A DNA stretch of 63,645 nucleotides, the filler included, from Sphacelaria rigidula (Eukaryota), in the NCBI GenBank assembly GCA_964200075.2. It is 10 parts of 10 records of this genome, joined end to end, with 100 filler letters (N's around TTAATTAATTAA, not from the genome) between each part and the next. Parts side by side here need not be neighbours in the genome. Positions count along the whole stretch, not along the records: positions 31,876 to 38,149 come from CAXNAA020021073.1; positions 38,250 to 44,523 come from CAXNAA020021074.1; positions 44,624 to 50,897 come from CAXNAA020021075.1; 7 more parts are not named here. One strand, given 5' to 3'. Within the stretch, counting starts at the first letter, position 1; every line of letters begins with the position of its first letter. Shown here piece by piece: positions 33,924 to 48,366 of the stretch. A program made the translations under genes and the position numbers. The notes below the pieces were generated by a model, which ran no database searches, was not told the origin of the DNA, and saw nothing but the letters and a program-made list of their open reading frames with translations.

Positions 33924-36083
33924 GTGCGTTGTTATGGAACTGTGTTCCTATAAAAACATGAAAGCCCCTTTGGCCGACTCCTTAAACCTCGCGGCATATA
34001 CCGGAACGTTCACTGCCATGAAAACCGAGAAAGCCGAGTGGGCAAACAAAATCACAACTGAGCTATCAAAGGTTGAGAATGTTGCACATGTGGCGCGTGG
34101 AAATCCCTTTTTGGCTTTATGACCAAAGAAAGGTGGGTAGGGTTGCGTTTCCACATGACCGAGGCAAGTCGGCTTGGAGCTCTTCTCCCCGGAGTGATAC
34201 AGTACCCTGCACTCCCCGCCGATTTTTTAGGTCACAATGCGGCATCGTCGTTGTTTCTGGGGACAAGAATATTTTCTCACAATTGTTTTCGAGCCTAAAA
34301 CAGATTTGTTTCAGTCCAGGCAGCGTTCAGGCATGTATAGTTTCATCTCTTCCGGATGATAAGATAGTACAGCCACGATGTCGTGGGAATAAAACAATAG
34401 CATGCGTAGCACCACCATTTCCCCCATCTGAAGATTTCATGGGTAAGGGTCTTGAAAAGTGTACCTTCTTGCCTCCTTGACACGATAGTCATGAAGCAGC
34501 CCCTCTTTATACATTTTCGGTGGTGTTTATGTTTAGCTCCCGCTCGTTTAGTGTTCGGGATTAATCCTTCATAGCTTCCAAGCGTAGCTTTGCCTTTTCA
34601 TACCCAAGTTATGGTTTCTAGATTTAAAAAAAAATGCCCTGTTTAGGCTTGAGCATAGATGAGTGCCTCTCGCATATGGCGGACTCAGCAAGAGCTCCTC
34701 ACGTAATGATCAGCTTTGATCAGCAGGGTGTGAAGTTGATCGCCGGACTGGAAAGTCATGGCATCATGCCGATACTCAAAAGCCATTTTGAGTCGGCGCC
34801 CACGTGACGCGAGACCAAACGCAACGGCGCGTACGTGGGGTTCTGAATATGATGCAGTAGGTGGACCGACATGAAATATCCCTTCATACAGGTGTAAGGT
34901 ATGTTTATTTTCCGGTACACCGAAACATGCCGATAGAGTGGTGCCATATGTCGGGTCCGTGAGAACGAAGTCTGGTAAGCGGTGTGAAAATGTGAAGTAT
35001 TATTTATTTCTGAATGCACCCCTGCCAAACTATACAAAGCTTCACCTTGTTTTGTTTTTGTCACACTTTTTACCCTCCCCCCCTTCCTCGGGAAGAGCCC
35101 ATGGTGGCAAGGGATCAACCCATCTCTCCCTGGTACACGCCTTGCATTCTGATCTCGCGGATTGGGTCATGACTATCAGCACTCTGGCACCGCGTCAACT
35201 CAGTCAACTACTTGATGTTTAGCCACGTTCTCACCCTTTCGAGAGTGGGGGTGAGATACTTGTACCAATTACCCAACGCATCAGGAATCAAACTCACACT
35301 CTCTCCACCCCGAAGGCGATAGTCGGACCATCACACCACCGACGCGCAGCTGTATGTTGGTGTATCCCCGACAGCAAGGGATTGTTGCGTTATCACTGCT
35401 TATTTAGGTTTTGACGCGTCACGGCAAGATGTGCCCATGTGCGATGTTAGTCGTGGCTCATAGTGGTGCATGACACATGTCATGGGCGTGGCACGGCTTT
35501 TTGATCCCCAACCCACTTCATTGCTATGTATCGTGCCCCCGGTACAAGTGCTCGTTGACCGTATGGTACGGCATCGTCTCCTGCTTGTGTGTTGCTTGCA
35601 CGAATACTCGAATGCTTTCCGGTAGAACGTCTCAAGTATTGCGGAAAAATGATGTGATGCGAGCCTTGAAAAACAGCTGATGATGGTAACAGTGCTGCGA
35701 TTTTTTAGGGAAGAAGGCGTTTTATCTATGCTGTCCCTCTCTGTTTCATACCTGGAACTCCTTCCGTTTCCCGGGGAGAATAATCGATAATCTCGAGGTG
35801 TCAGTCAACAGATGTCTTCACCGGTACCTGTGCTTGCCTGCTCTACTAGGGAACATGGGATGAGCACTTCGACAGCCGCTCGACTTTCACTCGCAATGTG
35901 TTGCCTGTGAAACGCTGGGGTAGAAACTTGCGCGTATTTTCCGCGAAGTATCGATCGCGGTTGGGCTGTACAGATCGCCATCGCCCAAATTCCATGTTCC
36001 CGGGAGAATGCTCTCCTCACTTATTTGTTCTATATCGGTGCGCATCACTCTGTGTGTGCGTCTTTGTGTCTCTCATATGGCAG

Positions 36084-36168
36084 GGTTTTCCCCGGAGCTG
36101 ATGCGTTCAATCTGTACTCTTCGATGGGGTTCCCGCTCGACCTGCTCACCCTCATGGCTGAGGAGAAG
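36084..36168 (+). CDS. AARS: Alanyl-tRNA synthetase, internal exon
   Basis: VFPGADAFNLYSSMGFPLDLLTLMAEEK matches the AF.LYDTYGFP.DL motif. CAG/GTAAT. Confidence 0.92.
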
Positions 36169-37376
36169 GTAATTTCACGCAGTAAACATCCCGCCCACGT
36201 GTTGTATGTACCCCATCCTGGTTGAACACCCCGCCTGTGCTCAATTTTAGTTCAACATTAATTGTTTGTGATGAGGCGCACTGGTGATTCACAAAATGTT
36301 TTTTTTACAGTGTTACCAGTTGCATATGTTGCGGTGATGAGCAAAACCAGCATAACTGTGTGCGCGATATGCGAAATTTCATCACCACATAGTACAAAAT
36401 GATCACGGGGTCATGGGCTGAGGAAAAAATATTGGACTTTTTGGATGCAATCGTTGTGTTCCGTAAACGAGATTTTCAATTTTTTGTGTCATGAACCCTT
36501 TCGGAAGCCATTGGCGATTTTTGCTTTTGTGAATCCGCATCATTTTCGGTCATTATCAAGTCAAAATGATCCCGATGCACGAAAATAAAAATCGTCAGTG
36601 GGTTCCAAAAGGGTTAGGTATGTACTTCTCTTGGTATAGAATGCAACAAGATGGTGTTGTGTGGCGACGGCCGAAAATTACCCGCCTGATTGAAGGTTTA
36701 CCACTGTTCTATATTCCACATTCCACTGCACGAGACAGTTTCGGGAAATGAAGGATGAAGTACAGCATGAGGTAACCAACCCACCAAGCAAGATCCCAAG
36801 GTTGTGTTCTGTATGGTATACTGGCTTGCATTCGGATATTCACACAAGTACTGCTCGTATTATTAGGGATACATTTTTCCGAGTAAATGCCCTTACAAAC
36901 TACATCAAAAGGTTCGGTACACATTAAGTAAGTCATGTTCGGTGTGCCAACCAAAAATCCCCCGTTTCTTGGAATACCCCGTAGAACATCACCTTTCAGA
37001 ATTCTCTTTTGTCTAGTCGATCGGTAAATACTTGCAAGAGTTTCCTGTTGTATATCAGTTCATCCATTAATTTGTTGTTAGATTAGTGTTGGTAATTGGT
37101 TCTAGGTTGTTGTTTTATGTTTTCACCTGCACTTCCGCAGGAAAGTCGAGTGTTTGTGGTTACAATATCACACTCCATGTCTAGCTAGCTGTACACCAAT
37201 GTATGTATGTATATATATGGTCTTGGCCCCCAATCGCCACTCGTTGCTTCCTTCACTCTCTTTTGCTTACCAGACACCCAAGTACTTGTCGTTGATCCCG
37301 ACGCAAACATGCGCCCGTTCGTCGTCGAATCAATTAGCCTCATTGTTTTGTCCCTTCCTCGTCTCTCGTTTTTCAG

Positions 37377-37499
37377 GGGTTGACCGTGGATGTGGAAGGA
37401 TTCGACGCGAAGATGAAGGAAGAAAAAATCAAAAGCGGACTTGCCCATGGGGCCAAGAAGGTTGCGGGGGGCAAGGCTATGATTCTAGAGCCAGAACAG
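37377..37499 (+). CDS. AARS: Alanyl-tRNA synthetase, internal exon
   Basis: GLTVDVEGFDAKMKEEK...MILEPEQ. TTTCAG/GTGAG, phase 0. Confidence 0.9.
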
Positions 37500-38149
37500 G
37501 TGAGGGCTAGTCTTACCCCTTTGGGCGCCAGACCTCTTTTCGGAACAAAATACCGGGTGATCTTTCGAGGGCAACAATCCCATACGCTACAGCTGAGCTC
37601 CTGCTCTCTGTCTGTTTGGAACACCGCTCCTGATGACAATGCTTCAAACACGCATACCGTGTTCGAATCATGCTCCATAACCCGTGATTTGATTGATCCG
37701 TGATATGGATAGTGGGACCAACGGATGTGTTTTCTCCATGTTTTTAGAGGTCGACGTAGAATCTGTTCGAAAGGAAAGGCACCCGAGGGATGAACAACGG
37801 AAAGTTTGAACCGTTCCTGTTTGTCTTCAAGTTTGTGTCGATTTTTTTCTCCCGCCTTCGCATGGTTTCCATGCGCACAATTTTCACGCGTCGTGATTCC
37901 TTGATTTGTTTTTCTAATTCCACACCTCCTCTTACCCTTGGACAGCGAGAGTACGTCATCTGTTGAGTCGGCATCAATTTCGCTTGAAAAAAGTATGCAT
38001 GATCCAGGTGGACTACGCTCGCGGTCTAAGGGTTGAGGCCATCGAACTTTTCGTTTCCGATTCAGAGAGTGAGCTTCCCCCCCTTTTGGTGACGCACCCA
38101 TAAGGCAGTGTAAAAGCCGTGGCTGTCTCTGGAAGTGGCGATACCAGAA

Positions 38150-38249
38150 NNNNNNNNNNNNNNNNNNNNNNNNNNNNNNNNNNNNNNNNNNNNTTAATTA
38201 ATTAANNNNNNNNNNNNNNNNNNNNNNNNNNNNNNNNNNNNNNNNNNNN
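38150..38249. other. Artificial contig spacer
   Basis: N44-TTAATTAATTAA-N44. Confidence 0.99.
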
Positions 38250-39788
38250 CGGCTAGGGCCTCGGGGATGTTGGACCGTCCTATACTAGGCTTTTCCTGGC
38301 ATTACCCCGAGCTGTCTAGTTACGTCGGCATTACAGGGTCCTCGGTGATCTGGTCCTTCCGGAACGCTCCTACCTTGTCCTTGCTTGCACTGGGTCTGTA
38401 TACATGGGTGACATCAGTGTCTGATATGTCACTGCAAAGAGATATCTCCCATAATTACTGTTTTTGTTTCATTGGCATTGATCATTAATGGTACATAGCA
38501 GCAGGCGTCGACGCGCCTGCTATCGCGTGGATTTCGGTCGCTCTCCTGTTGGATAGGTGTCAATTTAGCCTCGCTGCTTCTCATAACTGTTTTCGGGACG
38601 TAATCGTCTCTCTTGCTCCAACGGGTTAGCTGAGTCCCTAAGGGTGAGCTTTGATCGTGGGCGAAGACTTGTTCGTTTAGACTATGTTGCGTCACAATTG
38701 ATTTCTCCCATCGCTCCAAGCCATATTGAGGTGTTGGACACACATCTGTGTGTCCACATCGTGAAAGCCAACTACTACGAAGCAAAGCCCGGCCAAAGCC
38801 TCTGCTCTTGCGCACACCAAGACATCTTATTTCGATGTATTTATGGGCCTCTCTAGGGGGGAACCCCAATTTTCCATCACACCATCACACTATTTGTGAG
38901 CCTCTCTAAGCGAAAAGCCCATTTTTTTTATGACGCTATGTTGCAGAATACATGCGGAGATCGCTAGAAACAATCAAGAAGAACTTGTTCTAGTTCCATC
39001 GATATATCAATTGAGCCGTTCATGTCGGCAGTCATACTAGTGCCCATTCAACGATTTTGTCGACGTCAAACACCATGATTTGGCACGTACCACGAACAGC
39101 ACGCGTAGATGCGTACAGTTGTGTCGGACATATGAAGTGAAGAAGCCTATCCGGACGGCTACACAACAATACATACTATCACAAATAAAAACAAAAAACA
39201 GAGATTCGTGGCGCAGGATGGAGTAGGATGAAGTACCGCCCGTACTGCGAGTAGGCCTAGCATATATGGGTACTGTGCACGGACAAACCACTGTCTTGCC
39301 GCAGCCAGCCCTAGCTGCCTACATCTTATCAAGTTACAGAGTACGGTGGGTCTGTGAGCTGGATAACGTCGCGTGCACTGGACATGGTCGAAGATGAGCA
39401 GGTGTTGACAAGTGACGATAGAACCACACATGCACGCTTCAAGAATGTAAGGCTAGGAATACAAGCGTTTGATCCAGTTCTAGTATAACATTTCAGACAC
39501 TTTTGTGATGTCCTTTCTCATGGTCCCCCCCCCCCTCCCCCTATTGGAAAGGAGCCGTCTCCCAAGATGGGCTCCCAATATTTGTATCTTCCGACTGCGG
39601 AGGCCATTTTGGGTGCAGAATATGCATGAGGGGGATACTTGCAGGCGTGCACGAGGGTCGAAGAGGTTAACCATGGGGCCCTTGTGGGAAAATTGCTCAT
39701 ATCTGGGCGGGTGGGATGATGTGGCCACCGTACCATCTATTGATGCTGCCGCCACCTCCTTGAAAATACGCAAGTAGGCAATAAGAGA

Positions 39789-40261
39789 TTTTTGTCAAAG
39801 CCCATGGTAGAGCTGTCGCTCCCTTCGGCATTTCAATCTTGGTTTATATTATTTTCAGTGGTCATTTCCGCGCTATTGCTGTCTCGTTCCTCGTAAACTT
39901 CGTGAAAAGGACAGCATGATAACGAGAGCAAGGTATTTTGCGTCGTGGTTCTTGCGATATTTGTTTTGCGTCGTGGTTCTTGCGTTGCGGTTCTTGCGCT
40001 ATTATTTTTGCCAGATTTTTCCAGTCTAAAACCCTTATCGCTTTCGATTTTTTGAGGATAACTTCGTCAAACGGAAACTAAAGGCATCCTGCTCCAAGGG
40101 GCACCTGAACACACAGTTGGTTTTTGTCAAAGCCCATGGTAGAGCTGTCGCTCCCTTCGGCATTTCGATCTTGGTTTATATTATTTCCAGTGGTCATTTC
40201 CGCGCTATTGCTGTCTCGTTTCTGGTAAACTTCGTGAAAAGGACAGCATGATAATGAGAGC
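39789..40261. repeat. Direct repeat pair of about 140 bp (39789-39929, 40121-40261)
   Basis: TTTTTGTCAAAGCCCATGGTAGAGC...GGACAGCATGATAA occurs twice. Confidence 0.9.
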
Positions 40262-42977
40262 GCAGCATATTCGCGATTGGATCCTGGTTAATTTATTTCT
40301 CATTGCTCGCGTTCGTGAACGTTTCACACATAATTATCTCTGTACCACACTACGCCAGTGTGGTACATCAACGGTGTCTTCTGCGTTTTTCACGGACTGC
40401 CGTCGTGTTGATCGATGGTGTAAGGGCTTGGTCTTGAAGTTCACAAGGTGTCTCCGATCGCCCCGCGCTCGTTCGTGCGGTAGCATGAGTTGAGCACAAC
40501 TCAATGGGCTGTTGCGGTGAACACATATGTAGGACATATAGTTGTCCAGGAACTACTTGTATGACGCAAATCCTGTTTGTTGAGTTGTACATTACAATGA
40601 AACGGTCTGCTTTGATACTCATCCATGACACCAATGACCTGTAATGGTGGTCCCACCCCCTGGGAACGGTAGTTCGCCAGGTCTCCTGTGCGGAAGTGTA
40701 TCGAGACTCCAGGAAACTTGCCGTTCTGCCGCACAGAAGAAAATGTCATTATTCGCACGTCCCGGAATGGCGGGGCAAGAGAATAGGGGCGGCGCGCGAG
40801 AGATCAGTTCGCATCTAAAGCTAAGAGTGTGACAGGTTGAAGGATGCAGCTACACCCGACGTTCAACAGGCAGGCACACAAATGTTTCGCATACCATGAA
40901 AATGCTTGGACCGCGAGTACACCGAATGGCATTTTTGCCGTACACCCCAAGGGCTTTTGCAATTCTGGAGCAATGCTCTCGATCCGCCAAGCACGCCAAA
41001 ACGCTGCAAGTAGTTTCACTTCCGTATGTTGTGTGCTGACCAAACTACATGGATGCAGGCCATGGCGCTCGAAATCCCGCTCACCGATGTCGCCTTACTG
41101 TCTGTGCATGTTCATTCGGAAATATGTATCCACCGCAGTGTATACTTCAACGCGTTGTCCAGCTCCTGTTTTGCCATCTTGTACGTCAGCATTGTTCGGT
41201 TAGCTGTACAACTGACTGTACGGTACTCATCATTATCGGTATATCTGTAGTACAAATTTGTACGCGTGAACCTTACGCATGGCTGTTCAGCGCGTGGTGA
41301 ACAACTACTCGACTATTGAGGAAGCTGTTGTTGAGACGTCATGAGGTGCAACCGTGTTTTTCGATTCGACTGCGAAGAGATTGGGACATTCATTGCAACA
41401 ACATTTGTGGATTGAAGTCACGTCATGAAAGTTCTCATTGGCATATACGGACCGAATAACTACTTCGTTGTCAAAGAGTTGACTTCCTATGCGCTGCTTG
41501 GATGGTCAATATCTATGGCTGAGCGTGTCACTGATTCCATCAAAGTATGATCGCCCCCACAATAATCATTCAAATCATGTGCGCCCTTGCGGGGCGTTAC
41601 AGGCGCGTGCGGGTGTATGTCCTTGAATGTTCGAAAGCATGCTCACCATGATCTTCGAGCGCTGATCGCAGTAATCCTTCTTGAATTCAGGTCGTGCTCG
41701 GAACAAAAATCTCTCCTGCAGCGACCAAAAAGACACAAGAGAAAATATGATAGCAGAAAAACGTCAGGAGGACGACGGACCAAATGTTGAGGGAATGAGG
41801 AAGAGAGAGAAATGTCACGGATCATCGATATTGACCTGCAGTCACTTCTGGATGCGAAGTACAATGACCGAGGCCGTGATGAACTCGTAGCACTTCTCAA
41901 CACCAGAAATCCATGAAAACCGATATACTCTGGGTACTGTGCAGAACTTCAGCCCTAACAGAAGCGCAGGCCACGGTAGTTTGCAACGAACATGTTTGTT
42001 TTTTGGCAATATGTTACGCTCTATTGCACTCGAGAAAAAATGACGTGGTGGCGGGGCGAGTCAAGTTACTTCCAGACAGAAACTGAAAGAGATCCAGAAG
42101 CCCCTAGCTGCTATTGCACTCTCCGAGAAACGTGAACATATCTCTTGGTCTCGAGTGAAATCTGCGACAATCGATGATTCCATTCATCATGTGAGGGGCT
42201 CTTGCGTTGAAGTTCTGATCTACGCACAGTTTTGTTGCTTTGAACTTCTTTGGGAGTATACAAAATCGGTTATGTACTCAAGTTCTTAGAACAAAAAGGG
42301 GGTAGCGCACTTGTCGGTTAGGGGCGCAGTGCTGCACGCTGGCTGAGCACCTCTAAAACACGTTTCAGCAACTCAGCCCCATGCTCAAAATGCTTGGGCA
42401 GCATACCCAACATTTTTTTTGACACAAAGCAACCGGCGTATTAAGGGCACGGAGGAGGCGAGTTTACTAGAGCACCCTATTTTGTCAACCCACCAGCAGG
42501 GTACACCCGCATCTCAGCAAAAAGCAATGTGTGACAACCTCTGTGAACACATGAATACGCTTTCATGTTCTCGTGGATACCCTTTTTCGTTCTATGCTGG
42601 CGCGACCGCGGGCTCCACAGAGATTACGCTGTACTGTCCCAAACATACCCTTCACTCATAACGAAATAGGAAAGAAACCGGATCTGGATGTATTCACAGA
42701 AAGATTGATATAAAAACTGTGGTCCTCGGCGATGTGTGCGATACGAGTAATACATACGATCCCCCCACCCCCGAATCTCCCTGAAACTATTTTGGGGCTA
42801 AAAGCGTCCCACTTTTCACCCCAAAATCGAGGCCAAAATGGGTTTTCGCACATACCCTCTGCGGGAACCGAAGGCTACACCCCCCCCAAAATGGTTTCAG
42901 GGAGATCGGAGTGAATGAGGCCGTCCATATATGGAAGTAATATGCCACTACTTTAGGGCAACAAAGCACTGGTTGAA

Positions 42978-43094
42978 GTTGAACTTCATTTTAATGTTTA
43001 ACCTGGTTCAACCCCATTTCGCAGGATCCTCCGTTAAGAGTGGTGTATGGTCGGTGAGGTATCGTCGAACAGCCCGGACACTGTTCGAGGGCTG

Positions 43095-43133
<39 letters not shown>

Positions 43134-43838
43134 TCCTCCGTTTAGCATCCGTAACGGTCACGCGTACTCCCTTCTTTCATAGTGGTTACGTAAGTGCAGA
43201 GTCAGTACGTGTGCTGTGTGTCTTTGTTGGATATAACGGCAAGATACACTCAGCGTGCCATCGCTCTCACTGAACACAGTCTACTGCATACTGCTGTACC
43301 TCTGCTTATTCGAGGAAAACTCCGTATGTCCGTGGACTGTCAGCTTAGCAAACTGTTCCGAGGCGATGCTCGATGTCTAAGGGTTTTCATGACGCCCCTT
43401 GGTATTCAGACGCTACACATACACTTCCACAACTCTGACACATCCCGGTTCTTTAAGTGTTTTTCAAGCCTACCTTAAAACCTGCAATACCGCCTGAAAC
43501 AATTTCCAGGGGGGGTGCTGAAGGTATCTCAAACACGGGCTTCCCGGTATATTTGCCTGTAAATTAATGTGAAACATACCGCGAACCTTGAGTTTGAGAT
43601 ACTCCCCTGCTGATTATATGCATGAAAGTCATACGCCATAAGTTTAGGTTGGGAAAGTATTGTTCTAAAGTTGAATATTATTTTAGTGTTCAACCCCATT
43701 TCTCGGGATCCTCCGTCAAGAGAGGTCTCTGGGCGGTGTCGTGTGGTCGAACAGCCGGGGCACTTTTCGATGGAAATCATCCCCCCGTTTAGCATCCCTA
43801 ATGGTCACGCTTACTTTCTTCTTTTGTAGTAGTCACGG
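42978..43838. repeat. Diverged direct repeat pair (42978-43190, 43670-43838)
   Basis: GTTCAACCCCATTTC..GGATCCTCCGT...GTCGAACAGCC...CCGTTTAGCATCC occurs twice. Confidence 0.75.
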
Positions 43839-44523
43839 AGTTATCTGCTTAGATCTCCCTTTCCACATTTTCTACTCAGTTCGATCCGTCTGTGCCCGTT
43901 TTTCATTTGCTTTGATTCAATTATATTGGGTTAGAGATGGGTTGATCCCTTGAGACCACGGACTCATCCCGAGGAAGGGGAGGGCTTTCAAGCTCGACAA
44001 AAAAAAAACAAAGAGGGCGGCGAAGTGTAACCTTTCTCAGGGCACGTCCCGTGGTCAGCAAAACAAATCGGGAAAGTACTTTTTTTGCGGGCTTTTAAGG
44101 GTAAGCCTGAAAAACATTCGAAAAGGTGGAATTCCGGGATGTGTCAGCTGCATGAAGGTGTATGTGGCGTCTTGATAGGGAGGGCGTGACTTTTACACAC
44201 GATTTCACCGTGTCAAGGATGTAGTCTGAATCAAGCGTATCCAAAGAAAGGAGGAAACATGATACATGGTCGAAAAAATGTCCTCGGGCAGCCCAGACAC
44301 TTTTCGTAGTTTAGCAGCCCTCGGACTAGCACCTTATCTTGGGTTCGAAAGTCCTCCTCTGCTCATGCTAATAAATTATGGCTAAGGTCAGGATCACTTT
44401 TTGCTCTCGGCCATTTCTGTTCAAAGCCTCCACGTGTGTGAGACGCGTCATGTTGATACCTGCGGCGGTGCTGCCACGTGCGTCAGCCGTGGCTCACCAC
44501 TAGTTATTATTATTATTATTATT

Positions 44524-44623
44524 NNNNNNNNNNNNNNNNNNNNNNNNNNNNNNNNNNNNNNNNNNNNTTAATTAATTAANNNNNNNNNNNNNNNNNNNNN
44601 NNNNNNNNNNNNNNNNNNNNNNN
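44524..44623. other. Artificial contig spacer
   Basis: N44-TTAATTAATTAA-N44. Confidence 0.99.
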
Positions 44624-45574
44624 CGAAAGGGATGCGTGGGCAAGGGTCAAATGACTAAGGCAAGCAACAAATGAGTACGCCCCCCCCCCCCCAGTTCCAA
44701 ACCCAGTTCCTACCGAGCTGCGAGCTACATCTTCAACTTCCAATCGAACTTTAGATGCACCCACACTGTGACACGATCTTGTTGCGTTGAATATCTCTGG
44801 CGGCTGTTGTACTCGCGTGTGGTACCGATGACGGTCAATTTCAAATCAAGAGAGTCAAGAGAGTCAAGTTCTATGCGGAAAAGACATGCTCGCTACGCCA
44901 TAATTCCCCGGAAATAATAGATATGGGACGACAGTGTGCTGCGCTACAAGCAAGATCTACGCGTTCGGTTTCCCGAATTCGCGTACTCCTGGTTTGAGCC
45001 ACCGAAGGCAGTCATGGCTTCCACTTCTTCCCACGGTCGATCCAAGCTCGTCGCTGAAGCAGACGACGACAGGCAAGAGACAGCAGTCGGCCGCTTGCTT
45101 GATCGTGAGAAAAGTAGGCTACATGCGGTTGGACCATGCGTGTCCCTGCCTTGCGTTCGGTGCAGCAGTCAATAGTATGACCTTTCCTAATTATTGCACG
45201 AGGCACGTGTGTTTTATACTATTATATACTATCGGAGCATTCGGTGTTTTTCAAGCATATGTGCCGACTCATGCGGAATCGTAAGCTATCTTGGCTGTGA
45301 CAGCATTTCGTTTCATAGTCATCCTAAACCAATCACATGTAGTTCTCCCCGTGTACGGCTCGCACAGCGGCAAGCATGCCTAGAATCCGTCGCAGTCTCA
45401 GCTCGTTCCCCTCTTCCATTTGTGCAAACGACTATCCAGCAAAAAGTTTACGCTCAGCCATTTTCGGGGCGTGTTGCCCTCGCCCTCGTTCGCCTCACTA
45501 CCGCAACAACGGACACAAGCCGAGTCCGCAGTGAGTCGCTCACGATACGCCCGATTTCATACCGCGCGTGGCAG

Positions 45575-45707
45575 ATGGGGGTTGTACTACGGCGTGAAGG
45601 CGCTGGCCCGGGAGAGCGCAGAGGGGACAATCTTCTGGCACTTGCTGAATGAGAGCAACGGAGAGGATTACCTTACTTTCCTCGTGTACTGCCTAGCTAT
45701 CGTCGAG
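45575..45707 (+). CDS. Unknown protein, exon A (WGLYYGVKALARESAEGTIFWHLLNESNGEDYLTFLVYCLAIVE)
   Basis: GCAG acceptor, GAG|GTGC donor, phase consistent with exons B-D. Confidence 0.7.
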
Positions 45708-46028
45708 GTGCAGAAGGACGTTGTGTCTTGTACACCTCACTACACCGTAGCATGGTAGTTTTGCGATGCCGTAACAACCTATGGTCGGTCGTTACTCGTG
45801 ATATAGTAGTGATTCCGTGGATGGAGGCTTGAGCCTTGCCACCGGCACAATTTTTCACTCAACTATATTGAAACCGAGCAGAAGCGGCAACTCCGACGTT
45901 CTCGTGTGCTTCTCAACCATCGTAGTACATGCCACTTGTTCTTTTCACTATCGTCCGAGTGCGTTTTGTTGGTTTTCTCAGCAGGCGAAATAACGCCAAG
46001 CTCTCCTTGCTTGTGCTCTTTTCCCAAG

Positions 46029-46231
46029 GGAACCGTGGGGTCAATGCTACGAGAGCAATGGGGCATCAGCGCCACATGCACCGATCTCCATACACTCAAG
46101 CACCAAATACACGTGGCACGACAAGCCTCCTCGCAAGCCGCGCGTGTCGACCAGCACTGCAGTAGCGGGGGCAACACGGCGTTGAACGGTGAAGGAGAGG
46201 GAGGTGTAACGGAACCACTATCCAGCGGCAG
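46029..46231 (+). CDS. Unknown protein, exon B (GTVGSMLREQWG...EPLSSG)
   Basis: Pyrimidine tract plus AAG acceptor, CAG|GTGAG donor; phase 0 in, phase 2 out. Confidence 0.7.
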
Positions 46232-46937
46232 GTGAGCGTGAACACGCTAGAGTTCACCATTTTGGGACTTTCACCACGGTACCGCCCGACCCCGGTGGCC
46301 TAGCTGGTACTGGTGCGTCAACAGCCAGTTACGGTTAGGGTCGACGGTTGCGGGTCTTGACGAGCAGAATCTAGTTTCTCGTCGTCATTAGGAGCGTGAG
46401 AGCGCAAGTGACGGAGAATGTTGGACGAGAGCCAACGTGGTTCGGGACTCGATAATACAATATACGATACCGAAAAAAGTTAGACAAGTACCGGGGGAGA
46501 CAGGAGTTGATGCCTTGAAACTGCGTACTCGTCGCGAGGAAGTGAAGGAGGGGGGGTGTACTCATGACCATCCATGCCGTAGCCATATGGCCGTTGATCC
46601 CCCACTCCTACAAAGCCCGGACGGAGCACGCTGGGGTTTTGCCGGGCTCGTCCCGAGGAAGTGAAGGGAGGGGGGGGAGGATTGGAAGTGCGACAATCGC
46701 GAAGACTGCGTTGAAAACTAATACTTGTCAGTTGTAAATTTCGGCAAAATCTTCACTGCCCGTTTAGTGGACCTGTAGCTGTTGCCTACCATTTCGTATT
46801 CCAGGGTGTACATGGCTCACCTGTATCCAGTGGGTCGTCCCCTGTTCAGGCTCCAGAGAACTTACGGAATAGATACTGTCCCCTCCTGTACCCCGTATCT
46901 TTGATTTGCAAATAATGGCGCTTGTCTGATCTGGCAG

Positions 46938-47022
46938 GGACGTGGTGTGGCTGCTTTATGCGGATGCCATAGAGACGGTGGATCACGTGCTGCTCAAAGC
47001 GCTGGAGGATCAGAAGCGGAAG
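46938..47022 (+). CDS. Unknown protein, exon C (DVVWLLYADAIETVDHVLLKALEDQKRK)
   Basis: GCAG acceptor, AAG|GTCAG donor; phase 2 in, phase 0 out. Confidence 0.72.
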
Positions 47023-48366
47023 GTCAGATGGTCAGATGCAACATCCTACACGATACCTGTCTTAGGCCCAAGTTCCCTGTGGACGAAAACGTACCAAGGT
47101 TCGAGGCAAACGGCATGCGATAGATACACGGGTGGCCACTGGGGTGCATGTAACCTCAAATTTGGACGTTACAGACGTTGTACAACGCCTGTAACCTCCG
47201 AATTTGAGGTTACAGGGCACCCCAGTGGTCACCGGTGTAGCCTCATAAGTTCGACGGTCGTATGCAGGTAAAAGGCGAAAGGTTGAGGGAACTAGTATGA
47301 TGTGATCATAGCTCTTACTGTCCTATTAGGGTGAAAAAAGGAAAATACCATAGCAAGCAGAATGCCATCGCTACGCGGGTCTGGTGATCCGATTGCATGA
47401 AGGAGTGTCGATCGAAGCGCCGAGTGGTTGCCAACGAAGAGCCACGGCGAAATGCGTGCGACGATAAAGAACGTGATCGGTCTGATTGCCTTATGTACAT
47501 GAAGAGTAGAAGTCCAGAAGTAATACCTTGTGCCGTAGATAACTCGCACATATACAGCCAATTGCTATTCTAACCCGGAACAAGCGCAGGTTAAACACGT
47601 CGGTGTGTCTGTGTCGGCTTAACGGTGAGAACTCAGCTAGCTACGACGCACCCACCGACGTTGGTTGTACGATAGTGCTTCCTATTGCCAATTTGTGTCA
47701 ACCGAGCAGAGTCCACTCACAGGGGTCGAAACAGTAGACGAAAACGCGCGGGGGAGGGCGAAGGCGAACCGACGTCAAACTTGAGTAGGAGCAGTCGAAA
47801 CTTCGTAGTTGTGCAAAAGATCGCGGAAAGGCTCGACAACTTGCTTCGTAGGCGAGATTTTCGCTTTGAAGCAGCTTAGAGCATCTTGAACGCGGACGTA
47901 CGCCAGGATTTCCTGTAGTAATGAGGCCCGATGATAGAAACGAACATTTGATCCAAACCTTCGAAGGCGTTATGAAGTATAGTGCTCAGTGTGGAACATG
48001 TGTCCCCGCCCCCGCCCGTCAGAATTCCTCCTCATGTTTTTTACGCTTTAGTGATATCCTTTTGTTTTCTATGTTGTTCGGTGCTGTTCCCACGCCCGCG
48101 ATCACATCTGACCGGCCTAGTAGAGTATACTGAACAACGGCAGAGTTGTGTTTTCACATGGTTCAGTTGACTACCCCGTTTTTGTTTTATTTTAATTATT
48201 TTAAATTTTTCCCTTGCTCGAGTTTTCTTCAGCAAGTGGTCCCGTCTTGTTTACCTCGGGTACGCCAATCGTGTCACTACGACCGAATCTCTCGAGGACC
48301 AATCAATACGGGAAAGTGTGTTCAACCCAGTTCGTATCCGCAAACCCATGGTCGACATAATTTTAC

